From Eubacteriales bacterium (GTDB taxonomy: Bacteria > Bacillota > Clostridia > Oscillospirales > CAG-272), in the NCBI GenBank assembly GCA_045539595.1, contig JAZQFQ010000020.1, positions 4,497-68,496 on the forward strand: a stretch of 64,000 bases of DNA, read 5' to 3'. Both the position numbers and the translations under genes were made by a program. Positions 53,908 through 61,730 of this stretch are shown one piece after another. Within the stretch, counting starts at the first letter, position 1. Each line of letters starts with the position of its first letter. The notes under the pieces were generated by a model. The model saw only the letters and a list, made by a program, of their open reading frames with translations. It was not told where the DNA came from and did not search any database.

Positions 53908-53972
53908 ACACTACTTCCCCCCACACTTCACCACACTGTAAACATTATAATACACTTTCATGGGAAATTCAA
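53908..53972 (-). promoter_or_regulatory. dcw promoter (TTGAAT-17-TATAAT) overlapping four AGTGT (MraZ-box-like) repeats
   Basis: On the minus strand: -35 at 53972-53967 and -10 at 53949-53944. ACACT on the plus strand occurs at 53908, 53923, 53933 and 53952. The central pair, AGTGTGG x2, is exactly 10 nt apart. Confidence 0.65.
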
Positions 53973-54149
53973 TAGTTTTTTTCGCATTTTACGAAATTTT
54001 TCTTCGTATTTCTCCTCATTTTTCACAAATCCGCATCATTTCCCGAGGGGGATTCTGCTCCTCCCAACATTTTCCAACATTTTGGTCACTCCTGCACTTT
54101 CCGCAATCGCCAAAATTATACATTTTTCGCACACGGATAACCGTATTCG

Positions 54150-54190
54150 GAGTGCAAAAAAACAAAGGCGAGAGTTTCCTCTCGCCCTGT
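54150..54190 (-). terminator. Intrinsic terminator downstream of the EEP lipoprotein gene
   Basis: On the minus strand GGCGAGA pairs with TCTCGCC (54167-54173 / 54180-54186), followed by TTTGTTTTTTTG. Confidence 0.8.
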
Positions 54191-54202
54191 TTGTTAGGTT
54201 AT

Positions 54203-55924
54203 TCAATCCGGCAGTTTCAAGTCCGCCATCACCCACGGGTGATCCGTTCCCAGATCCGGTTTTCTGTGGTATTCCAGCCGATCCCAGCGGATCACGCTCA
54301 CATCTTTGGTAGCCAGAATCATATCGATATAATTAATCTGTTCCGGGTGCAGCACCTGGCGGGTATTCACCATGTCCATCTCCTTGAGGAAGTTCCGCAT
54401 GATGTCGGAAGTCTCTGCTGTGTTCCAATCCGCCGTGCAGATCACGGGAAGGTCATACTTCGCCTGCAGATCCCGGAGCATGGTCACCGTCTCCGCGGCC
54501 TGTTGCGGCTTGTATCCGGGGTTTTTTGTGCCGTCGTCATTCACTCCGTCCACATCCCAATGGGTGTTGAGAAAGATGAACCGCTCCCCGGTGGCCTTCA
54601 CCTTGAACACACCCCAGCACATCACGCGACACCGGCCGTTGGTGTTGTATTTGTAGTAAACATTCCCTCCCTCTTCCATCTCCAGAAGATCGGTGCGGTA
54701 GATGATGTTGGATAGGTATTTTTCCCCACTGACTCTGGGATTGTCGGCTGTATGGATCGCATACTGATCCTTGTGCGCGTAATTGTTCCATTCCCGCCAC
54801 CAGTATTTATCAAACTCCTGGGCACCTATGATGGCAGGCTGATAATATTCCAGAGCGGCAAAGAACATCTCGCTCCGATGCTCGACGTGGGGATATGCAT
54901 TCCAATCCACAATATACGTATCCGCCAGCACGTTGGCGCTCATGACGCGAATGTCCGTACCCTCGGCCCATGCAGCCTCCCAGGCGGGCTTGTGAATGGT
55001 GCCGGAGGCCGTATATCCGTTCTCCAAAGCGATATTCTTGCCCAGGGCGGCAAAATGATCGGCAGTGAGCCCTGCCCCCCGGATCAGGGAATGAAGTCCC
55101 GCGGATTTCAGCACCAGATTTCCCTCGGACACACTCCAGACATAGCCCAGCGCGTCGGTAGGCGCCGCAACGGATTTGGATGCCGCGCGTTTCGTTTCGC
55201 CCACCAGAATCTCATGTCCCGTGGGGTCCGCTTCCCAGTCCATATATACCGGCAAAAGGTAGCCGTAGGCATCAAACATCTGTGCCTGCACCGCCAAAGC
55301 CGCCTCGGCGTTTTCATCCTTTCCGTAAACGATGGCAAACTCACTCAGCGACACGCCCTCCACCGTGAAGGAGCGCAGGCGGTATCCGGTGAACGTGACC
55401 GACTCGTTCAGCGACAAAACCAGGGGAGTGGCCGATGTATCGTCATACTCCGCGATGGCATCGATCAGTACGTCCAGCGCGTTGTCCGCTGCCTTTTCAC
55501 CGATCACACCGAGCACAAGATGGGTGCCGTCCGTGCGCACCGTGTAGTCATGAGCGCGCATTCCGTCACACACCGCATTCGACTGGGCAAAGGAGGTGGG
55601 GCCTACCAGAATACAGTTCTCGGTGGGCGCACCGGTGGATCCGTCCCGGCTCATGGGCAGCTTTATCCCGGTGTATTTCTCAATCTGCCGCTGCACATCC
55701 GTTGCAATGGATCGATAATCCACGCCGCTTCCGGATGCATACACAATGGTGTACGCGCTCCCGCCGTTCTCGATCAAGGTGATCTCCGAGGGCACAAAAC
55801 CTTGCTGTCCCGGTGTTTGAGATGTGTCAGGCGGTGTGTCGGGATTCTCATGGCCCGTGCATCCGCTGAAAACCACACAGGACAACAGCACACACGCCAT
55901 GATCCATCGAAAACCGTGTTTCAT
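54203..55924 (-). CDS. Lipoprotein with a duplicated N-terminal domain and a C-terminal endonuclease/exonuclease/phosphatase (EEP) domain
   Basis: Start MKHGFRWIMAC (cat at 55922-55924, GGAGGA RBS). Lipobox VFSGC. The C-terminal part (IRVMSANVL...LNTHWD...DHPWVMADL) is EEP-like. Confidence 0.75.
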   Translation of the reverse strand: MKHGFRWIMACVLLSCVVFSGCTGHENPDTPPDTSQTPGQQGFVPSEITLIENGGSAYTIVYASGSGVDYRSIATDVQRQIEKYTGIKLPMSRDGSTGAPTENCILVGPTSFAQSNAVCDGMRAHDYTVRTDGTHLVLGVIGEKAADNALDVLIDAIAEYDDTSATPLVLSLNESVTFTGYRLRSFTVEGVSLSEFAIVYGKDENAEAALAVQAQMFDAYGYLLPVYMDWEADPTGHEILVGETKRAASKSVAAPTDALGYVWSVSEGNLVLKSAGLHSLIRGAGLTADHFAALGKNIALENGYTASGTIHKPAWEAAWAEGTDIRVMSANVLADTYIVDWNAYPHVEHRSEMFFAALEYYQPAIIGAQEFDKYWWREWNNYAHKDQYAIHTADNPRVSGEKYLSNIIYRTDLLEMEEGGNVYYKYNTNGRCRVMCWGVFKVKATGERFIFLNTHWDVDGVNDDGTKNPGYKPQQAAETVTMLRDLQAKYDLPVICTADWNTAETSDIMRNFLKEMDMVNTRQVLHPEQINYIDMILATKDVSVIRWDRLEYHRKPDLGTDHPWVMADLKLPD

Positions 55925-56007
55925 ATTTTTCAATTCCTCCACTGCGTTTATTATTTTGATTATAGCACATATTCCCTCCGTCCGCAACCCGCTCCGATAA
56001 TTTGCAA

Positions 56008-56040
56008 TAAAAAAACAGCGCCTGTCCGGCGCTGTTTTTG
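56008..56040 (-). terminator. Intrinsic terminator downstream of coaD
   Basis: ACAGCGCC (56015-56022) pairs with GGCGCTGT (56028-56035), flanked by A-run and T-run. Confidence 0.85.
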
Positions 56041-56045
56041 AAATA

Positions 56046-56567
56046 TTATTTTTTCCCATAGAGGGACACAGCCAACCGTGCTGCGCTCTTCGGCATGGCA
56101 TCGCCGATGGGATGGCCATATTTGATCAATTCCCGCACGTAGGTGGAGCTAACACAGGCGATGGATGGCTCTGCGGGCAGCATCACCGTTTCCAGATCCG
56201 CGTCAAACCGCTTCATGATGGCGGCAAGGGAGTATTCGTAATCGAAATCCGACGCGCTGCGCACGCCGCGGACGATATATTTCACACCCCGCTCCGCAGC
56301 ATAGGCGGAGGACAGGCCGACGCATAATTCCGCCTTCACGTTGGTGATTCCCTCCCCTGCCAGATCGGCGCAGGCCGCTTCCAGCATGGCAAGACGCTCC
56401 CCATAGGTGAACATACCGCCGCCGGAGGAATCCTTCTCCCCGTTGGACATGAGGGCTACATAGACAACATCAAACATTCTTGCCGCCCGGCGGATCAGAT
56501 CCGCATGGCCGCTTGTCACCGGATCAAAGCTGCCGGTGATCATCGCAATCCGCTTTGTTTCCGCCAT
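56046..56567 (-). CDS. coaD: Phosphopantetheine adenylyltransferase
   Basis: Start MAETKRIAMITGSFDPVTSGHADL (ATG 56565-56567), 1 nt after the rsmD stop. Confidence 0.9.
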   Translation of the reverse strand: MAETKRIAMITGSFDPVTSGHADLIRRAARMFDVVYVALMSNGEKDSSGGGMFTYGERLAMLEAACADLAGEGITNVKAELCVGLSSAYAAERGVKYIVRGVRSASDFDYEYSLAAIMKRFDADLETVMLPAEPSIACVSSTYVRELIKYGHPIGDAMPKSAARLAVSLYGKK

Positions 56568-56568
56568 A

Positions 56569-57216
56569 TCACGCCTCACTTACCACCGGGCGAAGCAGTG
56601 TGATCCGCGACCGCCCGTAGGATACGGATTTCTGCACGGTATACAGCGCGGCCAGCTCCTCGCTTCCACCGAATACGTCCCGCAGAATCGCCTCGTTTTC
56701 CCGCGCCTCGATCTCCTCCTCGCTCCGGTTCCGGCGGGAAGGACGGGCATCGGTACCGTTGTCCGTCTCGCACACGATCACCGCACCGGGAGCGTACAGA
56801 TCCCCCTGGGCCAATTTGCGCAGCGCCTCCGGCACCAGTCCAGCGGCGTAAGGCGGATCCAGGAACACGATATCGTACTGTTCGCGATGGGCGGCGCCCC
56901 GGATAAAGGACGCATAATCCGCACAGGAAATGCGGCACCGATCAAACAGACGGGTCTTTTTGGCGTTGTCCATAATCACATTGGCTGCCTCGCGGGAGGC
57001 GTCGATAATCGTAGCACGGGCCGCGCCGCGGCTCAGTGCCTCCAGGGCCAGCTGGCCCGATCCCGCAAAGAGATCCAGCACCGCCCGTCCCTCGATCTCA
57101 AACTGGATCATGGAAAAAACAGCTTCCTTCACCCGCTCGGCGGTGGGGCGAGTGGTCTCGCCCTCCAGCGTGGTCAATTTAATTCCCCGGGCTGTGCCCG
57201 TAATAATCCGCATCAT
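56569..57216 (-). CDS. rsmD: 16S rRNA m2G966 methyltransferase RsmD
   Basis: RIITGTARG, DLFAGSGQLALEALSRGA and FLDPPY motifs. Carries an acidic insert near the C-terminus. Confidence 0.9.
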   Translation of the reverse strand: MMRIITGTARGIKLTTLEGETTRPTAERVKEAVFSMIQFEIEGRAVLDLFAGSGQLALEALSRGAARATIIDASREAANVIMDNAKKTRLFDRCRISCADYASFIRGAAHREQYDIVFLDPPYAAGLVPEALRKLAQGDLYAPGAVIVCETDNGTDARPSRRNRSEEEIEARENEAILRDVFGGSEELAALYTVQKSVSYGRSRITLLRPVVSEA

Positions 57217-57234
57217 GTTTACTTACCTCATTAT

Positions 57235-59115
57235 TCAATCCGATGTGTTTTTATGCAAAAATTCGTAGACATTCTCCGCATCCGCCCGGGACAGACCGCG
57301 CACCTCCTCGATGTCGGCCACGGAAGCGAGGCGCATATTGGCCAGCGTGCCGAAATGGGAGAGCAGTGTTTTGGCCTTGGCGGGGCCGATGCCTTTTACT
57401 TTCTCCAAAGACGATGTGCGCAGGGTTTTCCGCTTGGCGGCACTCATGCCGGACACGGTGAAGCGGTGAACCTCCTCCTGCAGCCTATACAGAAACGGGA
57501 ACACCAAGGGATCCCGTGCGATCTGGATTTCCTCCTCCTCGCCCACCACGGTGCGGGTCTTGTGATGCTCATCCTTGGCAAGACCGTACACGGGGATATC
57601 CACCCCCGCCTCCCGGAGTGCTTCCCGCACCACGGACACATGTCCCTTACCGCCGTCCAACAGGATCAGATCGGGACGGATGGAATACCCTCCCGACGTA
57701 TCCTCCAGATGAGCGATCCGCCGAAGAATCACCTCCCGCATGGAGGCATAATCATCGGGCGCGCCCGTGACGGAGCGGATCTTGAAATAGCGATAGTCGC
57801 TCTTTTTGAAGCGGCCGTTTTCCGCCACGATCATACCGGCGGTGATGTGCTCCGCTCCCAGATTGGATATGTCGTACACCTCGATGCGCTCGGGCACCGT
57901 TTCCAATTCCAAAAGGGACGCCAGACGGACGAGGACCTTCATATCGCCCTCCTCCCGTCGCCGCTGATTCTCCCTGTGCTGGGCCGCATCCTTTTCCGCC
58001 ATCAGACAAAGCTGGCGGGTATCGCCCCGCTGGGGCGTGCGCACGACGGTACGGTGACCGGCCCGCTCGCTGAGGCAGGCAGACAGGGCCGCCATCTCCT
58101 CCTCCGGCAGGGGAAAGGACAAAAGGATCTCCCGGGGGATATACTCCCGGCTTTGATACAAGCCCAGAATGAACGCGCTCATGGGGGAATCGGTGTCGCC
58201 GCCGTCCTCCGTGATGGCATCGGGAGCAAAAAGGAACTGTTCGCTGTCCGCAATATAGCCGCCGCGGACATAGAATACGGAGGCACAATCCCCCGCCTCG
58301 TCCCGGGCCAGGGCGATCACATCGCACTCGAAATCCGGTGCGCCCACGGCCTTCTGCTTTTCGCCCAACCGTCTGAGGGCGGCGATAGAATCCCGACAGC
58401 GGGCGGCCTCCTCAAAACGGAGATTTTCCGAGGCGTCGTTCATCCGCGTCTCCAGATCCGCAATGGCATCCTTGGTGCCGCCCCGCAAAATCTGGATCGC
58501 ACAGCGAACCAAGGCGGCGTATTCTTCTTTATCCACATCCCCGGCGCACACGCCCACGCACTTTCCCATCTGCCGATAGACGCAGGGGCGTTCCCGCCCG
58601 ATATCCCGGGGGAAAACCCGCTTGCAGGACGGAAGGCCCAGGGTACTCTCCAGCGTATGGATGATGGAGAACACGGTGGACACGCCGGAATAGGGCCCGA
58701 AGTAGAGGGAATCATCCCCCGTCCGGCTTCGCGTCATGGACAGTCTCGGATACTCTTCCCCCATACTGAGGCGGATATACGGATAGGATTTGGCATCCTT
58801 CAGTCGGATGTTGTACTTGGGAGAATACTGCTTGATCAGGCGGTTTTCCAGCGCCAGCGCTTCCATCTCCGTGTCGCACACGATGAAATCGAAATCGTGG
58901 ACACTGCCCGCCATTCGTGCGGTTTTCACATCGTGGGCACCGTGGAAATACTGGGACACCCGATCCCTAAGAGAGCGGGATTTGCCCACATAGATCACTT
59001 TTCCCGATGGGGCGCGCATGATATACACCCCCGGCACGCGGGGCAGTGCCGCCGCCTTCGCGCGCAGATGGGACAGCACCTGCTCACTTTGCGGGGTATG
59101 TGCCAGTGACTCCAT
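57235..59115 (-). CDS. uvrC: Excinuclease ABC subunit C
   Basis: GIY-YIG N-terminus (PGVYIMRAPSGKVIYVGKSRSLRDRV), UVR domain, and C-terminal (HhH)2. 626 aa. Confidence 0.95.
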   Translation of the reverse strand: MESLAHTPQSEQVLSHLRAKAAALPRVPGVYIMRAPSGKVIYVGKSRSLRDRVSQYFHGAHDVKTARMAGSVHDFDFIVCDTEMEALALENRLIKQYSPKYNIRLKDAKSYPYIRLSMGEEYPRLSMTRSRTGDDSLYFGPYSGVSTVFSIIHTLESTLGLPSCKRVFPRDIGRERPCVYRQMGKCVGVCAGDVDKEEYAALVRCAIQILRGGTKDAIADLETRMNDASENLRFEEAARCRDSIAALRRLGEKQKAVGAPDFECDVIALARDEAGDCASVFYVRGGYIADSEQFLFAPDAITEDGGDTDSPMSAFILGLYQSREYIPREILLSFPLPEEEMAALSACLSERAGHRTVVRTPQRGDTRQLCLMAEKDAAQHRENQRRREEGDMKVLVRLASLLELETVPERIEVYDISNLGAEHITAGMIVAENGRFKKSDYRYFKIRSVTGAPDDYASMREVILRRIAHLEDTSGGYSIRPDLILLDGGKGHVSVVREALREAGVDIPVYGLAKDEHHKTRTVVGEEEEIQIARDPLVFPFLYRLQEEVHRFTVSGMSAAKRKTLRTSSLEKVKGIGPAKAKTLLSHFGTLANMRLASVADIEEVRGLSRADAENVYEFLHKNTSD

Positions 59116-59124
59116 ACGATCCTC

Positions 59125-59169
59125 CCAAAAGCAAAAGTGGCGAAAAGCATACCGACCGCGCTTTTCGCC
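59125..59169 (-). terminator. Intrinsic terminator downstream of ptsH
   Basis: GGCGAAAAGC (59139-59148) pairs with GCTTTTCGCC (59160-59169). The minus strand continues ACTTTTGCTTTTGG. Confidence 0.8.
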
Positions 59170-59214
59170 ATAAAACCTATAGACTTATTGTCCCCATAGC
59201 GGGAACATGCCGGA

Positions 59215-59478
59215 TTATTCGTTGAATCCGGTATCGATCAGCGCGGCAAGGCCGTCCAGAGCCTCGGTTTCATCCGCACCGTCTGCGATCAGAGTAATGG
59301 TAGTTCCCTTCACGATACCCAAGGAGAGAACACCCAGGAGGCTCTTGGCGTTGACACGTCTGTCCTCACGCTCCACCCAGATAGAACTACGATAGGAATT
59401 CGCCTTCTGAATAAAAAATGTTGCGGGTCTTGCGTGCAGACCGACATTATTTTTTATTGTAACATCACGAGAAATCAT
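59215..59478 (-). CDS. ptsH: Phosphocarrier protein HPr
   Basis: Start MISRDVTIKN (cat at 59476-59478). His15 context GLHARPA and Ser46 context NAKSLLGVLSLG. Confidence 0.9.
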   Translation of the reverse strand: MISRDVTIKNNVGLHARPATFFIQKANSYRSSIWVEREDRRVNAKSLLGVLSLGIVKGTTITLIADGADETEALDGLAALIDTGFNE

Positions 59479-59561
59479 ATAATATGCTCCTGTGCACAAA
59501 ATTTCTTTAAATTTATACAAAATTCCGTCCGCTCAGCGACGAAATTCCAATACCTACTATC

Positions 59562-59590
59562 AGTATAGCAAATTTCGTCTGTAAAATCAA
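59562..59590 (-). promoter_or_regulatory. Promoter of ptsH
   Basis: Minus strand reads TTGATT (59590-59585), 17 nt, TGcTATACT (59567-59562). Confidence 0.65.
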
Positions 59591-59697
59591 TAGTTTTTCG
59601 CAAAAAATCCATTTTGGGGATTCGGGGAGACGATTCGCACGGAGCGGTACGTCGTGCCGCATCGCCCTTCCCGGAATTTCCATGGCACACAGGTGCG

Positions 59698-61524
59698 TCA
59701 GGATTTCTTCAGTTTTGCCTCGGCCTTCAGGCGCAATTCCGTATTCAGAATCTTCTTGCGCAGGCGGATGGACTTGGGGGTCACCTCAATCAGTTCATCA
59801 TCACCAATATATTCGATGGCCTGCTCCAGGGACATCACCTTCGGCGGGGTGAGGATCAGTGCCTCATCCGCGCCCTTGGAGCGGATGGAGGTCAGGTGCT
59901 TCTTCTTGCAGACGTTGAGGGCAATATCCTCCTGCTTGGGGCACTCGCCCACGATCATACCCTCGTACACGGGCGTCTGCACGCCGATGAACATGGCGCC
60001 GCGATCCTGTGCGTTGAACAAACCGTAGGAGGTAGCCTCGCCATCCTCGGAAGCGATCAGCGATCCCGTGAAGCGGGTGGTCACGTCGCCCTTGTAAGGC
60101 TGATAACCGTCGAAGAGAGTGTTGATGACGCCCTCGCCCTTGGTATCGGTCATAAACTCGCTGCGGTAGCCGAACAGACAGCGGGAGGGGATGGAGTACT
60201 CGATGCGGGTACGGGATCCCACCTTGGCCATCTCGATGAGTTCACCCTTGCGGGCACCCAGTTTCTGCATAACGCTCCCCACCGCGTCATCAGGCACGTC
60301 GATGGACACCTTCTCCATGGGCTCGCAGAGCTTGCCGTCGATCTCCTTATAGAGAACGTGGGGCATGGAACAGCACAGCTCGTAATTCTCCCGGCGCATG
60401 GTCTCGATGAGGATGGACAGATGCATCTCGCCGCGGCCGGCCACCTTAAAGGAATCGGTGGTCTCGCCGTCGCTGACACGCAGGGACACGTCCTTCAAGG
60501 TCTCCTTGAACAATCTGTCACGGATCTGGCGGGAGGTAACGAATTTGCCCTCCTTACCGGCGAAGGGGCTGTCGTTGACGGAGAAGGTCATCTCCATGGT
60601 GGGCTCGGACACCTTCACAAACTCCAGGGGCTCGGGACGGTCGGTGGCGCACAGGGTGTCGCCGATACCGATATCCGCCGCACCGGAGAAACAGACGATG
60701 TCGCCCATTTTGGCAGAATCCACCGCCACCCGGTCCAGACCGCTGATCTGGTACAAAGCCGCGATACGGGCACGGCGGGTCTCACCGGGATTATGGTAGT
60801 TGCAGATGGTCACATCCTGATTGACACGGAGGGATCCCCGCTCAATACGGCCGATACCGATACGGCCCACGTAATCGTTGTAGTCGATGGAGGAAACCAG
60901 CAGCTGGAGCGGCTCGTCTACCTCGCCCTCGGGGCTGGGGATGTACTCCAGAATGGTGTCGAACAGAGGGCGCAGATCCTCGCCCGGGGTTTCCGGATCC
61001 AGGGAGGCGGTGCCGGAGCGACCGCAGCAAAACAGCATGGGAGAATCCAGCTGCTCGTCGGTGGCGTTCAGATCCATCAGAAGTTCCAGCGTCTCGTCGA
61101 TAACCTCATTGATACGGGCATCGGGTCGGTCCACTTTATTGACCACCACAATGATGCGGTGATTGAGTTCCATAGCCCGCTGAAGCACGAAGCGGGTCTG
61201 GGGCATGGGGCCCTCCGCCGCATCCACGAGCAGGATTACGCCGTTGACCATCTTCAGAATACGCTCGACTTCGCCGCCGAAGTCCGCGTGTCCGGGGGTG
61301 TCTACGATGTTGATCTTTACACCGTTATAATATACGGAGGTGTTCTTTGCGAGGATCGTGATGCCGCGTTCCTTTTCGATGGCGCCCGAGTCCATCACGC
61401 GCTCCACCACGGCCTGGTTTTCATGGTACGCACCGCCCTGCTTCAGCATGCCGTCCACCAGGGTAGTCTTACCGTGGTCAACGTGGGCGATGATCGCTAT
61501 GTTGCGCAAATCTTCTCTTACCAA
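59698..61524 (-). CDS. typA: Translational GTPase TypA/BipA
   Basis: [18 protein letters not shown] and [14 protein letters not shown]. 608 aa. Confidence 0.95.
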   Translation of the reverse strand: MVREDLRNIAIIAHVDHGKTTLVDGMLKQGGAYHENQAVVERVMDSGAIEKERGITILAKNTSVYYNGVKINIVDTPGHADFGGEVERILKMVNGVILLVDAAEGPMPQTRFVLQRAMELNHRIIVVVNKVDRPDARINEVIDETLELLMDLNATDEQLDSPMLFCCGRSGTASLDPETPGEDLRPLFDTILEYIPSPEGEVDEPLQLLVSSIDYNDYVGRIGIGRIERGSLRVNQDVTICNYHNPGETRRARIAALYQISGLDRVAVDSAKMGDIVCFSGAADIGIGDTLCATDRPEPLEFVKVSEPTMEMTFSVNDSPFAGKEGKFVTSRQIRDRLFKETLKDVSLRVSDGETTDSFKVAGRGEMHLSILIETMRRENYELCCSMPHVLYKEIDGKLCEPMEKVSIDVPDDAVGSVMQKLGARKGELIEMAKVGSRTRIEYSIPSRCLFGYRSEFMTDTKGEGVINTLFDGYQPYKGDVTTRFTGSLIASEDGEATSYGLFNAQDRGAMFIGVQTPVYEGMIVGECPKQEDIALNVCKKKHLTSIRSKGADEALILTPPKVMSLEQAIEYIGDDELIEVTPKSIRLRKKILNTELRLKAEAKLKKS

Positions 61525-61683
61525 AATAGTATCCCGATCTTTCCTTAATAATTAACTTAGGTATTATATCACAAAAAAAGCCCGATGAAAACAGGCTTTT
61601 TACATTTTTTTGAATTTCGGCACTGTGCAACAAAAACTGCCATCGTGCCCCCGCGATTCTTCGCAATTTTGTGGGATTTTGGG

Positions 61684-61730
61684 GCGAAAAAGAAAAAATC
61701 GCCTCACCCGCGGGGGGGGCAGAAGCGATT
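61684..61730 (-). terminator. Terminator directly after the helicase gene
   Basis: ATCGC/GCGAT outer pairs with a CCC/GGG apical stem (contains a G8 run at 61712-61719). The minus strand continues TTTTTTCTTTTTC. Confidence 0.6.

Noticed and set aside
61712-61719. G8 homopolymer, considered as a phase-variation tract
   Set aside because: It is intergenic, sits in the apical part of the terminator hairpin after the helicase gene, and is not within a promoter spacer or coding region.
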